From: Nitrospirota bacterium
Lineage (GTDB): Bacteria; Nitrospirota; UBA9217
NCBI GenBank assembly: GCA_963740085.1
Contig: CAVUCU010000003.1
Location: forward strand, 160,001-224,000
Reading direction: 5' to 3'
Length of the DNA: 64,000 nt
Shown: positions 48,092 to 59,474 of the stretch, piece after piece
Layout: each line of letters starts with the position of its first letter
How positions within the stretch are numbered: position 1 is the first letter of the stretch
Notes under the pieces: generated by a model
What the model was told of the DNA's origin: nothing
Seen by the model: the letters and a program-made list of their open reading frames with translations, nothing else
Databases searched by the model: none
Made by a program: the position numbers and the translations under genes

Positions 48092-49135
48092 TTATTGGTA
48101 GAAGCCTTTTCTCATTGCCTCCACCAATCCTTGCAGCGAACTCTTGTGTAATTCCTTGTTGATCGCCTCTAAGTGATAGTCCAGCGCTGCGTCACCCTTA
48201 ATTACGTAAAACTGCTGAACGGATGCGTTTCCCTCGATGCCCTCGCTCCCGCCGACGTTAAGCACCTGGACATTTGAAGCGTACACAACTGCCGGGACCT
48301 CTGTGATCCGGTACCGCCTGAACAGCAGCGGATCGATCTCCAGATTTGCATTGAACATCGGGCAAGGGGACTCTTTATTGCCACATGCCGGGTCTTTCAC
48401 AAGTACGCGAGACACAAACATCATCGTAGAACTGATATCGTCCATGCCGTTAAGAAACCCGCGTATCACCATAACGATGTTCGGGTCCTTGACCTTATCT
48501 ATCGCTGCGGCATAATTCCTGATTGTTTGAAGCGGCATCGAGGACGACACAAAAACATAAACACGCTCGTTCTTTGACAGACTTGATTTATCTTTCTTCA
48601 TGACCGCGTTTTTGTCGTCTTTGTAGTATTCCTCGATAGGCTTTCTGAAGACTTCTTTTTTAAGCCTTTCTGTTTCTACATGGACGCGATTTTGGAACTC
48701 GGGAGAATTGAAGATAGTAGTAAATTCGGCAGCCTTCTCCTCTGCCCATTTCTCATGCCTGTTTTCAGGAGTCACCAGCCGTTCGGCCTGCCGCTCCGCT
48801 CTGATGCTTAGCTCTTTGGTTACGTCAGGAGAGATTCCATCAACCCCGGAAACATCCTGGCTTTTCCACAAGACCCCGTTATGGTAAATATTGACGGACT
48901 GCACTTCCGCGCCGATCTCTACTGATGCCTTGGCGGTCCCCTTCATGCAGTTATCCTCGGTAGATCTTAAAAAGACGTTGTCCGCATCTACCTTTTCGAT
49001 TTTGCAGCAATAATTCGGGGTATCAATGACCACCTTTTTCATGCCGTTCGTTGTTTCAATGGCAAACGTTCTATTGTTGGCAGCAAGGATGAGCATCAAG
49101 GGCAGAATTATCATCGCAATATGTTTACATGTCAT
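48092..49135 (-). CDS. trbC: F-type pilus assembly protein TrbC with N-terminal extension
   Basis: YVFVSSSMP, VMVIRGF, IDPLLFRRYRITEVPAVV and GDAALDYHLE. Confidence 0.85.
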   Translation of the reverse strand: MTCKHIAMIILPLMLILAANNRTFAIETTNGMKKVVIDTPNYCCKIEKVDADNVFLRSTEDNCMKGTAKASVEIGAEVQSVNIYHNGVLWKSQDVSGVDGISPDVTKELSIRAERQAERLVTPENRHEKWAEEKAAEFTTIFNSPEFQNRVHVETERLKKEVFRKPIEEYYKDDKNAVMKKDKSSLSKNERVYVFVSSSMPLQTIRNYAAAIDKVKDPNIVMVIRGFLNGMDDISSTMMFVSRVLVKDPACGNKESPCPMFNANLEIDPLLFRRYRITEVPAVVYASNVQVLNVGGSEGIEGNASVQQFYVIKGDAALDYHLEAINKELHKSSLQGLVEAMRKGFYQ

Positions 49136-49149
49136 GTGCGGTCACCTGT

Positions 49150-50206
49150 CTAGTAGTAAGAAATGCAGCAAGCGTGTTTTCTGAACATGATCCATAGAAA
49201 ATTATCCGTTGAATTCCCGCCCACGGAAAACGGAGGGTTTTTCCCGGCGTCCCACAGCATACCTGTCCTGCCCGATGGGATAAGCGGTCAAGGTGCTTGC
49301 GACGGGCTTTGCAATCTGGATGCGGTAATGGTCTTTTACCCACAGTGGGTAGGTGACGCAATTGCACCAGTCGAGCGCAGGATCGCAGATTGCGTAATCC
49401 CTTGCCTCTTTGTAGATGAACCGCGAGGCAAGGGCAAAATTGGCTTCTGTGAAGTTTTCTCCGTTGTAATGACCGACAATCGGATAGACCGGTCCCTGCG
49501 ACCCCATGCACCAGAAGAGCGGGTTGAGCGGAAGCCCGGCTACGTCGACGGCCACGGCGTCGGCCACGCACGAGTATTGAGCATAGGGGTTGGCAAAAAG
49601 CAATTCCTCGGGAAAGGCGAGCACGGTCGTCATCTCATCGTTCCATAAGGCGTCCGGCTCCGTCATGTAGGCAAGATCGAACGAATTGCCTGCGTTGTTC
49701 CCGCTGCCGCATTTGGACGAGATGACACTTGAGACATAAGCCATGATCGCGAAGGCATAGTAATGTACCTGGGCGAACGTCGTGCCGTGGGACGTGTCGC
49801 TGTTTTTTTGCGTGGACCCCTGGTGTGATCCCGGATTCGGGTTGTTCAGCTGATAGCCTATTGCGGGAAAGCAGTACGGAGTTTTGACGGTCTCGATCAG
49901 CCTGGCGGGTTCCCAGAAAGAAAATGAAAGCCCGATCCTGACCCAGGGATAAGCCGTCGTGGGACACTGACAGATGGCACTCTGCTGCAAGCCTTCGGGC
50001 GTACTGTCAGGCAAACTTCCGTCAAGAATTGTGACTCCGCCGAGCTTCATCGGGTACAGGCAGTCCCAGCAAACCTCATTGACAACATCGATCGGCAAGT
50101 TGCTGCAACCGGACGAAGCTGCCTGTAAATCGGCAACGCATGCAAGAAGAAGCGCCGTTATAGCAATGCTAATTGTTATGACTGATTTTGTCCTGGTGAT
50201 CGACAT
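49150..50206 (-). CDS. traU: TraU; frameshift at about 49267
   Basis: VCWDCLYPM, FWEPARLIETV and LFWCMGSQG. The shifted frame ends DNFLWIMFRKHACCISYY*. Confidence 0.88.
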
Positions 50207-50840
50207 CGATCTCGGAAACCTCCATCATCCTTTTTTTCTGTGTCGCTACTGATGGGACATGATGCAACTGAAGACGTGATACAATTTTCTCATGGGCAAA
50301 GTAGACCGGCTGACCCAATTCTCCTGACAGGTCGTAGTAGTTTCCGTCAGTGATCAGGATCATCACGTTCGATTTCTTGTAATAAGGGGACTTCTTGAAC
50401 CATTCAACCTGATCGCGGTCGGCTCCGTTCAGGACCACGATGGTACGGGTATAGGTCATAAAATCGAGCGGGTTGAACGTATAGCCCTTCGGATAGATGA
50501 CGTTCCCCTTCCCGTCCGTAATATCGAATTCCAACGTGTAATTCATGCTCACCATGCGGACCCGGTCTTCTGTTGCCCTCGGCAGAGATTTTATGGTATC
50601 AGGCTTGTATTTCTTCATTCTCTCAATGCCGTTCTTTTCAAGCATCTTTTGCCAGTTTACCGACCTTACCCGTTCCTTTAATTCATCGGACGCGTCTCGC
50701 TCTGCAATAGGATAGGTCTTGCCTACCACCCCGAGATCAACAGCTAAGGCCCCGTTGATCGGGAATAAAGTCAATGACCCCATAATCGCAATAGCGACAG
50801 CCGAGAATCTTGCTTTATTAACCATGTTCAGATACCGCAC
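50169..50840 (-). CDS. traW: TraW
   Basis: DLGVVGKTYPIAERD, YPKGYTFNPLD and VPSV. Confidence 0.85.
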   Translation of the reverse strand: MRYLNMVNKARFSAVAIAIMGSLTLFPINGALAVDLGVVGKTYPIAERDASDELKERVRSVNWQKMLEKNGIERMKKYKPDTIKSLPRATEDRVRMVSMNYTLEFDITDGKGNVIYPKGYTFNPLDFMTYTRTIVVLNGADRDQVEWFKKSPYYKKSNVMILITDGNYYDLSGELGQPVYFAHEKIVSRLQLHHVPSVATQKKRMMEVSEIDVDHQDKISHNN

Positions 50841-50865
50841 TTATTCCCCCGGAATCAATATCATA

Positions 50866-53800
50866 TCAATGAGTCGTGCCTGTGGCCTGGGACTGGGTAT
50901 TGTTGTAGTAGTTCTGGAGCCGGTCGGATATCTTGCCTGCAATATCCGAAGCAACCGGCTGAACAATATCGGCAATGAATTCCGAGAAATCCATTTTGGA
51001 AAAGTCGAGCATCTGAAACTGTTCCGGGCTGAGCCCTATGCAGTTGGGCTGTTCCGGCGTTCCCCAGCCCCCTCTGGACCGAACTCCTGAAGCTGCGGTC
51101 TCCCCTGCTCCTGGATGATCCTGCCGAGTTTCGAGTTGAAACAGCAATAGGAAGTTTTACGTTGCGTGCAATTGTGCCATATTTTACTGATACAATACGA
51201 ACCCACGAGATGGCATTTGTTTGCGTCCCTGTCTATATCCGTCTGCTGTTCATGAGGACGGCATGGAGATGTGTACCAATTTATCGCTCCTGATACCACG
51301 CCAAATAACTGCTGAAAAATCTGCACAGTCGATAAATCGGGCAAAAATCCTGTATGAAGTATAGTTTGGTTACTGTATGCGCCCTGTTGGTTTACCGTAG
51401 TTGAAGCGGTCAATGCCGGAGTTTCGTTCGAGAAAATAACCATGACCGCCTGCCCGCTGTTAATGTAACCGTCGCAATCATAATCAGACGGCATTTTGAG
51501 AGAGACCGATGTCCCGGTAGGGCCTTTGGCCACAATCGCCACGTTTTCAACAAGAGAATAAGGCGGATCAGTGAGTACGTAATCAGCAGTCATCTGGATG
51601 TTTCCGCCCGACATGGAAGTTTTGCAGACGAATTGACATCTGGTGTCTTTGTAATTTCCCGAGACAGTGCAAATGCCGGTACTTGCTGTCCATCGTCACC
51701 AGCGGATTTTCGACATAGGTCACGATCGGTATACGGATCATGGGCAACATCAGGATATTGACCGCCGGGGCCGCACGTCGTGCCGCACGTCGGTGTAAGC
51801 GTCGATTTGATATCGTTTATCGCCACATACACGTCGTTTTTATAGTTTCCGTAAGTTTGAGTCACAACAAGCTCTCTCGGATAAACGGTATCCTAGGAAA
51901 ACGTCGGCGGTGAACCGCAGCCCGTAGTAGTCCAGTTCCGTATTTATCATCAATCACGGTCTGGATCGTAGTCAGTCCACCGCTGGTAACAGTCGAATAA
52001 TCGAACCTGGGATAGGGTCCGGATTGAGGATCTATCTCCTGGTAGTACGTAATCGGAGTCCCTGCGACGACCGGATATTGATTTATTGTGTCGCTTCCCG
52101 CCTTGTATCCCGACGGATGCTGGTCTATCTTGACCGTGTTTGAATCGCAATTAATGTATGTGTCGATATTCTGGTAATAAGCATCAACAGTCGCCTTTAT
52201 CGCCTGGTCCAGGTCCTCGGTTCTCGAAAACTTGCCCCCATGAGCGGCACTGCAGCAGTTCGTACCCACGGTGGCCAGGCCGGGGGGACGACAGTACTCC
52301 GGCTTACCGGGGAATATGACCAGTTGCCCCATGCACTGGCCCGAATTGGGATCAATAGCCCCGTTATTCGTCTGTGAGGCGGTGGGAGGATCAGGCACGG
52401 TTGTAACCGGCGCGGTGCTGAGATCGACACAGCCGATAGCAGAACACATCTTTTTGCCGTTGAAATCCTGGCAGGCATACTGAGACCCGAGCGGACATGT
52501 TCTGACCGTGGATTGGCATAGGTGACTGCCCGGATCAAAGACAAAGTTCACGGGGCACGCGGGTGCGACTTCACATCGACCGGTGTTGCTGTTCAGGGTG
52601 GTAGTGGCTGGACAGGTTGGAGTTGCCGTTGTTGCATCGGTACATGCGTTGGAAATATCAGTGGCGTAGTTATAATAAACGAACCCGGAAGGGCAGGTAG
52701 CCCGCGCTGCACATAAATTTGTAGAAGGGTCGAATGTTAATCCAGAGCTGCATTTTGGAGTAAATGACGGCCTGGTACACGAGCCGGAACCGGAGTCAAA
52801 ATTATAATAGGCAGGACATCCATTAGGATCAACATACACAACACATTGTGCATCGTATCCATCTGATGTCGCGCCCTGGACGCCTCCAGGACACTTGGCG
52901 GGACCGCCATAATAGACATTTGTATTGCACCTACTGCAATCGCTACAAGGCGGGCAATAATCTATCGGAGTGCCTACCGTGCAGAGATTAGCCGAATTAA
53001 GCCAAATGGACTGGACAGTTCCAGCGGGAACGAAAGTTCCTATTGGCGTACCCGGACCTCCCGGACATTTGTAATAAGTACCAAAATCATCAATACAGTA
53101 ATTGAAACCGCCTAAGGTTACTATTGGACATAAATTGATTGGTGGATAAACACAAAGATGCTGGACAGGATCGAAGACAGCGCCATCTGAGGCACAGGCA
53201 ATCATATTGGCCTGGCATACTCCGGTAGGAAGATTGAGTGCCGAGCCTGGAGGACAATAGGCAGCTGAATACTTTACAGTTGCGACACAGGCATTGACTG
53301 CAAGGTCGTATTTTTTACCGGCAGGGCACGCAGGCGCCGCATCGCACATGTTCGTGGTCGCATTCATCGTCGTTCCGGCCGGGCATATAGGTGCCTTAAT
53401 AGCCGGTCCCGAGTCAAGGCAAAGACTGCCGGTCGGGGTGAGAGATCCACTCGTGCATCCCTGAGGGGCTTCACAACGGTCTGTAGCGGTATTCATAAAC
53501 CCGTCAGGGGGACATGTTGCCGGTACGTGCGAGATGCAGACACCTGCTTGCGGGTCGAATTGCTGGCCTGTCCCTGAAGGACAAGCCGGGAATGCCTCGC
53601 ACATACCCGTGTTGCTGTTCAAGAGAACGCTGGAGCTTGTGAAACACGTCGTCTGAGGCGACGTATCGACACAAAGCTTCGATGCGGCCTCATATACTCC
53701 GGCCCCCGTGCATAACGGCACGGCTTCGCAGCGATTCGTTGTGGTATTGAGCGTCAGTCCGGCAGAACATATCGGGGAGCTGATAATAGCGCCGGCAGCG

Positions 53801-54351
53801 TCAACGCACATGTTGCTTGTTGAAGAGTATGAGGTCCCAGCCTGACATGCTAAAGGTCCTATACAACGACCCACAGCGCCGTCGAAAGAGGCCCCGGACG
53901 GACAATTAGCAGGCGACGTAACAATGCACTGGTTATATGCGGCATTATAGGTACCAACAGAACAGCTGGGGGCTGCGGAGCAGAGACCGGAGGCTGCTTG
54001 TGTCGATCCTGCGGGACACGTTCCCTTTGAAGTTACAACGCACTGGTGATAACTCGTGTCATAGATACCGTTCTGGCAAATAGGCGGCACGACACACTGG
54101 TTGGTGGTCGCATCGTAAGAGATGTTCGGGAGGTTTGGGCACCCGGTGCCGACTGACGGAATAATGCAGTCCGTCATGTCGAGGCTGCACAGCATGCCCT
54201 GAGGAGTCGTGACACAGATCCCGGCGTTTCCCGGCACATCGGCAGAAGCCGTGCTGTCCTTGAAACAACCATAAGAAGCCGCCCAAAGGGTATCTGTCGC
54301 GGCGAATCCGAAAACAGCTACAATCAAGGACGATAAAATAATATTTTTCAA
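50866..54351 (-). CDS. traN: Large Cys-rich TraN (C-terminal TraN domain), split by frameshifts
   Basis: CHLVGSYC...YCCFNSKLGRIIQEQGRPQL and CIGLSPEQFQMLDFSKMDFSEF are TraN C-terminal motifs. They are preceded by about 22 C-x(11-16)-C modules. Confidence 0.82.
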
Positions 54352-54388
54352 ATAAATATCGCATTTTTAACATTCTCCTCGGAATTAG

Positions 54389-56447
54389 CTACGGGTTTGA
54401 AGTCATGCCGTTACTGCATATCATGTCGCTTGCTGCATTGCCGATGATGTCCAATGCCGTGGCGCCTTCGATGAAATCATGCAGGCACTGGCAATCGGTT
54501 ACGAGAAGTTCTCCCCCGGCCGTATCAATCGGACACCCGTCGTTCGTGCATTTTTTTATGAAGATCATGTATTCCTGCGTGGTTAAATCCGTTGATGTTT
54601 TCGTAGTGGCCCCGCTCGCCGCAGTGTTCGTCCATGGTTTCTTTGTCTTGCACGCAAACTCGCAGGTCGCCTGCGTCCCGTCCATGACCGCAGATCGAGG
54701 GACCGTGCCGGTCGGATAGGTCCAGTTGCCGTTGCCGTCCTTTATAGCGTCCTGGTAATGCAGACCGGATGCATCCAACGTGGTCGTGGCCTCGATGTTG
54801 GCTTCGCGTTTGGCAGCGTCGCTGAAATTGTAATTCGTTCCGGCGCACTTATAGGTCATGTGCTTTCCCCACCAGGGCTGACATTCTGTATAGGTGCCGA
54901 GTTTTCCGGGGACCGATTTGCACGATGAAAGCGGAGTTAGGCCGGTCGTTTGATAGTTCTTGAATACGAAAACACCGTCGTCGATCTCTTCTTTTTTGGT
55001 ACAGGTATTGTCTGCCTGCAGGGCCGCGCAGCTGTCCGCGATTGATATCGAGTCGCTTTCGATATAGCATTTAATGTCCGTGGACAAATAGGTGTATCCG
55101 GACGGACAGATCGGAGGTGACTTTTTGAACATGAGATAATCGTTGATCCAATGCTCGTTGGCAGTACATCCCCTGCCGCCTCCGTTTGACTCACCCATCG
55201 TCGGGGGCGGGGTGCCGGGCTGGATGTCGGTAACCGGGACATTGTTCTGGGTTTGGTACTGAATTACGAGATTATCCAGTCGTGCCTGTAATATCGGTTG
55301 CCAGCCCCCATAGCCTGTTTGACCACAGCTGATAACGCCTGAGCCTTCAGACGACGTATCGGTTCTGTCATAAACGCCATCAGAGCCGGTATCGACCAAT
55401 ACGGTGTAGGCTATCAAGTTATCGCTGTCGCGTCCCATGTACATATGAACAGTCAAATCCAGCCATGGCAGAAACGCATACGTGGGGTCGGCAGCGGTAG
55501 TATTTGCGTTCAGGGTCTTAATAACGGAACAGGTCTTATAAGTGCTGTTATTTGAGCTCATAGCCCGCGAATTGAGAATGGTTGAATAAAGGGATTTCGG
55601 ATCGGAGAGCTGCGTACCGGCTTCCGATGACGCGGCAGCATCCATGCCGCTCCCTGTGCCTCCGTTGTAATACTGCGTCGGATCGGCTGAAACGGCCCCG
55701 GAACCGCCGAGGCTGCAATTCGTGGTGTCCTGCGCATAATAGGTAATGGCAGAAGCATTGATATTTGAACTGGTGACCGCAATTCGCGCGTTTGATTGCT
55801 GAACGGCCCCTATCGCGCCGCCCCCGAGGGTCTGTAATATGATCGGCATGTCGGAATTTACTATCCCAGAGCCGCAGCTGTTGTTGATGCAAAAACAACC
55901 TCCAAGGGCGTCGGTGTTGGTCAGTTGGACCCCTACCCTGCCCGTTCCATCAGCTATCCACTTGTAGTAGACGCAATTGGACCATGTCCCCGCGTCGCAG
56001 GAAATCCAGCCGTTTGCGCAAACACCGGAAATAAGGGTCGTGGTGTTCGGCGAAGCTGCGGGCGGGAGAAGAAAGACATAACCGGACGTCCCGCTGAAGC
56101 TGATATCCTCCTGCAAAATCATCGAATCGAGGTCACCGGTGGTCGAGGGATGAACGAGGATCTGCAAAAATTGTTTGGTTGACGGGCAGAATAGCTGCGC
56201 CGTAAACGAGTTGTTCCCGTTGACGGTAGAGAGCGGCTGCCCGGTAAGCATCGGTTGTATCAGGTTCAGGTTCAAGGCGTCGCCGGAGCCATATCTTTGC
56301 TGAATCATGGTATCCAGACCCGGCTGTACCTGGCTCTGGCCAAAGTAACCCGTAGTCGTCGGCTGCGAAACAGTCTGCGCCGACGGCAGTCAGCGCCAGT
56401 GCACAAACAAATGCCGCGCTAACTGCGATACTTACGGACCATTTCAT
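54389..56447 (-). CDS. TraN-like N-terminal partner protein (secreted, Cys-rich); frameshift at about 56340
   Basis: Signal peptide in ORF 56133..56462; ISGVCANGWISC, GGCFCINNSCG and C-terminal DCQCLHDF; lies between traC and traN. Confidence 0.65.
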
Positions 56448-58974
56448 CGATTGCCTGATCATAGGTCATCCCCCTGTCTACCATAGCTTCGATCTCGGAA
56501 TATTCGGTCGCAGACGACGTGTACACGTAGTATGAGAACGGGTCCACGACAAGACGCGCAACGCCCTTTCCGTAAGGGCTGTCCATGAATATCTCGGAGT
56601 ACCTGCCGCCAACGGTCTTCATGCTTTTCATCAGTTTCAGGGTAAAGTCATCGACGTCCAGGAGTTTTCTGTCCCGCGCCTTATCGAAATCGACCGACTC
56701 AAGATAGAAGTTAAACGCCGCCTGAGCACGAATGACGTTCCCGATATTCCCGAAGGTGTCAAGATCGAGGATGGACTGGGTCACGATGCCGAAAGACCCC
56801 CGGTACTTGCGCGCCCGTCTGTACCCGCTCTCGATCACGTCCCCCAGGAACCTGTTGTCGCCCCTGATAAACTCATAGGCCTCATCGAAAATGACGAGCC
56901 GGGGCCGGGAGCGGTCGGATAGATACAGGTCCTGGGTCACGGCGTTGATGATCTGGAGAACGACGACCTTAAAAAGCTCCTTGCGTGACCTGAGGCCGTC
57001 GACTTCGAGCACGACGAACTCGTCCTGCGAAATATCAAGCGTCGATTTGCCGTTGAACCATTTGCCGTAGGTGCCGCTTGAGGTAAAATCTCGGAGGTTA
57101 AACGCCATCGTATGGCTGATCTTCTTAAAATCCTCAAGAGCGCTGCTGCCAATCCCGATATCTCCGGGCCTGAAATCGGTCGAATATTGTGGGTAGCTCT
57201 TTAAATAGGTATGCACATGATCGATGCAGGCGTCTGTTCCTTCCTGCGAAAACGCCCATTCAATGGCTTCCTTTACGAGCGTTGACCCGGTCTCGGCGAT
57301 GTCGTTCGGGACCTTGTCCGTGGCCGAGAATATCATCTGCATGATGATCGCCGCGATCGTCGAAATGTCGGTCTTGATGTCCGTGATGCCGGAAAAGGGA
57401 TTGATGCAGATATCAGCGTCTTCGGTGAAATCAATAAATTGAGCATTCAGCATCTTCGTCATTTTCCGATACGAACGCCCGATATCGATGATCCTGACAA
57501 TGCCGTTTGCCGCGAACTGGTTGCACGCTATATAGTTGACAAGAAACGACTTGCCCGAGCCTGAAGTGGCCGCAATGTAGAAATTGTGGTTATTGACCTT
57601 GCTGTTGAACAGGTCGAGGGTTGAAATGGCCCCCTTTCTGCCAGTAAAGGTCATCACAGGCGATCCGCCGCCAGCGAAATCGGCCTGTATCGGAAGCAGT
57701 GTCGGGACGATAAGCGATGAAATGACAAAATCACGTTGCAGCATTGCAATATTCTTTTCCTTGTCGATGAGGCCGAAAGGGAGCGCCGACATAAAAAGAA
57801 TGGGCAGGATTCCCCTGTCCTCCTGCATCACGTAACCCCGGCTCTCCCATACGCGCTTAACCCTGCTGATCGATTCTCCTGACTTGTTGGCGTCCTTGCT
57901 CCAGGTCCAGAAGATCGGCATGACCTTGACGTACAGCGTGCCCTTTTCTATTTCGTCGACGGCATCGAGATACTCCGTCTGTTTCCGCATCAGGGACGGG
58001 GCGAAGCTGCCGACCGCCTTCTGGTTCAGGACAAAGTTGCATTTGCCATGCAGTTTGTTCTTAACGTTGTGATAAATGATATTGAGCGTATACAGGAAGG
58101 GCGTTCTTATCTGATCGGCATCCGATACGACTCCCCATATTCCTCCGAAAAGCTCATTCGTCTGGAGGGGGTCTCCCTCGCGGGGAAGGGATTTCGGTGT
58201 GATGCAGCGAAAATACTTTTCACCGATCTTGAGTTCCGACATGCTCTTATGGCTGACCGTTTCAGCCATGAGCATCTGCTTGCGAATGGGAATCGTGTCG
58301 TCATATGCCTCGCAGTCTTCGAATTCGCGGTCGTTCAGAAGCCGCCTCATCATATCGATCAACTGGGTCGGTTTGAACGGCTGGGGGTACAGCGTGGCCC
58401 CGGCCAATACTTCGCCGAGGTTGGCGTAAAGGTCCTTGATCCAGGGGAATACATCGTACAGGTTCGTATATGACTCGCCTTGAGCGTATACATGATCGAG
58501 CTCTTTATCAGTCAGTGGTATCTTGACGGAAACGAAAAGCCTGAAGTTTCGAAGCGGTATCCCCGCGCAGCTGTCGATGCCGCCTACGGCATTCAGAAGA
58601 AATGCGCTGTAAGCCTCCGTGGTCTTTTTTACAAGAGGTACATCGCGGACCTTGAGATGCTTGTATGCGTCAACATAATCCTTGATATAGGGATCGGCAT
58701 ACAGCGAGAACTGGACAATGGAATTTACGCGAAGCCCGGCGCGGAAGATCCCGACGAGGGTATCAAGAGATTTTTCACCGGCAAAACAGAGAGGAACGCA
58801 TTCCCAGATAAAACCGATGGTATTGTCGGTATTCAGGTATATTTTGGTTTCTTCTTCATACGAATTATACGGAAGGAAGTCAGAGAGAGATGATCTCTCC
58901 GTCTGCCTCTTTAACTCAGGCACGCTTAACCCGCCGCGTTTCCCAAAAATCATGTCCGCGATTGCTGTGAACAT
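56419..58974 (-). CDS. traC: TraC (VirB4-family ATPase)
   Basis: ATSGSGKSF, IIDIGRSY, IFDEAY and YRRARKYRGSFGIVTQS. Confidence 0.93.
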   Translation of the reverse strand: MFTAIADMIFGKRGGLSVPELKRQTERSSLSDFLPYNSYEEETKIYLNTDNTIGFIWECVPLCFAGEKSLDTLVGIFRAGLRVNSIVQFSLYADPYIKDYVDAYKHLKVRDVPLVKKTTEAYSAFLLNAVGGIDSCAGIPLRNFRLFVSVKIPLTDKELDHVYAQGESYTNLYDVFPWIKDLYANLGEVLAGATLYPQPFKPTQLIDMMRRLLNDREFEDCEAYDDTIPIRKQMLMAETVSHKSMSELKIGEKYFRCITPKSLPREGDPLQTNELFGGIWGVVSDADQIRTPFLYTLNIIYHNVKNKLHGKCNFVLNQKAVGSFAPSLMRKQTEYLDAVDEIEKGTLYVKVMPIFWTWSKDANKSGESISRVKRVWESRGYVMQEDRGILPILFMSALPFGLIDKEKNIAMLQRDFVISSLIVPTLLPIQADFAGGGSPVMTFTGRKGAISTLDLFNSKVNNHNFYIAATSGSGKSFLVNYIACNQFAANGIVRIIDIGRSYRKMTKMLNAQFIDFTEDADICINPFSGITDIKTDISTIAAIIMQMIFSATDKVPNDIAETGSTLVKEAIEWAFSQEGTDACIDHVHTYLKSYPQYSTDFRPGDIGIGSSALEDFKKISHTMAFNLRDFTSSGTYGKWFNGKSTLDISQDEFVVLEVDGLRSRKELFKVVVLQIINAVTQDLYLSDRSRPRLVIFDEAYEFIRGDNRFLGDVIESGYRRARKYRGSFGIVTQSILDLDTFGNIGNVIRAQAAFNFYLESVDFDKARDRKLLDVDDFTLKLMKSMKTVGGRYSEIFMDSPYGKGVARLVVDPFSYYVYTSSATEYSEIEAMVDRGMTYDQAIDEMVRKYRS

Positions 58975-59474
58975 TATTTCCCGTCCTTTTCTTTAAAAAG
59001 GTAGTCCCCCATCACCCACTTCGGTCCGTCAACGATGATGTAGACGTACCGGAGCATGAACAGCTCGTTTTCATCCCCCCTATACGGAAGCATGAGTACC
59101 CGCATTACAGAGGGAGGGGCCACGACCGGGGTAGTCGGTTGCGCGAGCAGACCGGCCAGCTTCTTATGAAGCTCGTCCTGATAAGCAATTTCAGGCGTCG
59201 GTACATTATCTTTGTTGATACGGTCCTTTTCCTTATCCGTCTTATTTTTACTTTCACAGTCTTTGCCGTCGCAGGGCGGCTTGCCGGTCTCTCTGTTTTT
59301 TTTGCCGGTCTTTGCAAGAGACTCTTCATGCGCGGCTTCCATATCCACGCATTTGCCGTTCTCCGTCTTGGGACAGGTAAAATCAGAGCTGTACGGATTC
59401 AAAATGGATGAACATCCGTAGTTGAATGCGGCTACCATTGCAGCAAAAGATAGAGTGATTATTCCGATGCGCAT
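58974..59474 (-). CDS. traV: TraV lipoprotein
   Basis: Lipobox YGC, NPYSSDFTCP...GKC and P.VMRVLMLPY. Confidence 0.85.
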   Translation of the reverse strand: MRIGIITLSFAAMVAAFNYGCSSILNPYSSDFTCPKTENGKCVDMEAAHEESLAKTGKKNRETGKPPCDGKDCESKNKTDKEKDRINKDNVPTPEIAYQDELHKKLAGLLAQPTTPVVAPPSVMRVLMLPYRGDENELFMLRYVYIIVDGPKWVMGDYLFKEKDGK

